Source of the DNA: Octopus vulgaris
Taxonomy: Eukaryota
Assembly: GCA_951406725.2 (NCBI GenBank)
Contig: OX597816.1
Location: forward strand, 2,418,001-2,482,000
Length of the DNA: 64,000 nt
Direction: 5' to 3'
This document shows, piece by piece, positions 63,400-64,000 of the stretch (the first letter of the stretch is position 1; each line of letters starts with the position of its first letter). Below the pieces are notes generated by a model that made no database searches, had not been told where the DNA came from, and was given only the letters and a program-made list of their open reading frames with translations. Made by a program: the position numbers and the translations under genes.

Positions 63400-64000
63400 A
63401 ATTATAAAAGGTGAAAATAAGTTGGGCAACAGGCATTGCTGTGTGGCTAAAAGGTTGCTTCACATCCACATGGTTTCAGGTTCAGTCCTGCTGTGTAGCA
63501 TCTTTGATGAATGTCTTCTGCTGTAGCCCTGGGCCAACCAAAGCCCTGTGAGTGGATTTGGTAGATGGAAACTGAAAGAAGCCTGTTGTGTGAACATGTG
63601 TACTGTCCATCATACAAACTGTGTCCTTGTTTTCAGTCTTCCGTGAAAACGTGTCTGGCCATAATAAAATATTTCCTTACTGAGAAACAGGTGAGGGTTG
63701 GCAACAGGTAGTGCATCCAACCATAGAAAAGTTTGACTCAGTGAATTCTGTCCAACCCCTGTGAGCATGGAAAAAAAGGGGATGTTGAAAGGGTACATGG
63801 GAATTTAATTGTTGGGGAAAATATGTTTAGGGTTGTTAGTTTGTTTTTCTGTTTAGTTTGCTTCTTTGTGTTTGTGTGTGGGCCTTCTGCTTTGAAAGTA
63901 GCACTCAGATTACATTACACCTGTTCATGGAGAGCATATCTAATATTTCGGTAAAGTTTACCAAATTAGAAATAGATCTCATGAACCCCTTTTCAAAATA

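Overview
AT-rich, microsatellite- and SINE-dense eukaryotic DNA; the repeat families look like those of Octopus (coleoid cephalopod). The window appears to lie inside one large + strand gene. Two phase-compatible coding exons (10635-11952 and 37632-37918) encode a Ser-rich disordered region ending in LEKSQSLQTELA...SQSE, which resembles my recollection of ARHGAP39/vilse just upstream of its MyTH4 domain. A candidate internal first exon (MPDYLKRCI) lies at about 47.2 kb. The rest is intron packed with mobile DNA: RTE, R4/Dong-like, L1/Tx1-like and CR1-like LINE remnants, three tRNA-SINE families, piggyBac-like MITEs, and deletion derivatives of Phantom/MULE, hAT, pogo (POGK-like) and Helitron elements. 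The most notable item is a TSD-flanked, about 580-bp palindromic element at 14609-15191 made of a tRNA/Pol III head, an (AAT)n spacer and a Penelope-type minimal hammerhead ribozyme. This looks like a ribozyme-bearing SINE. A second hammerhead family (31722-31756) and two further foldback palindromes also occur. All family assignments come from reading motifs by eye; no database searches were run.
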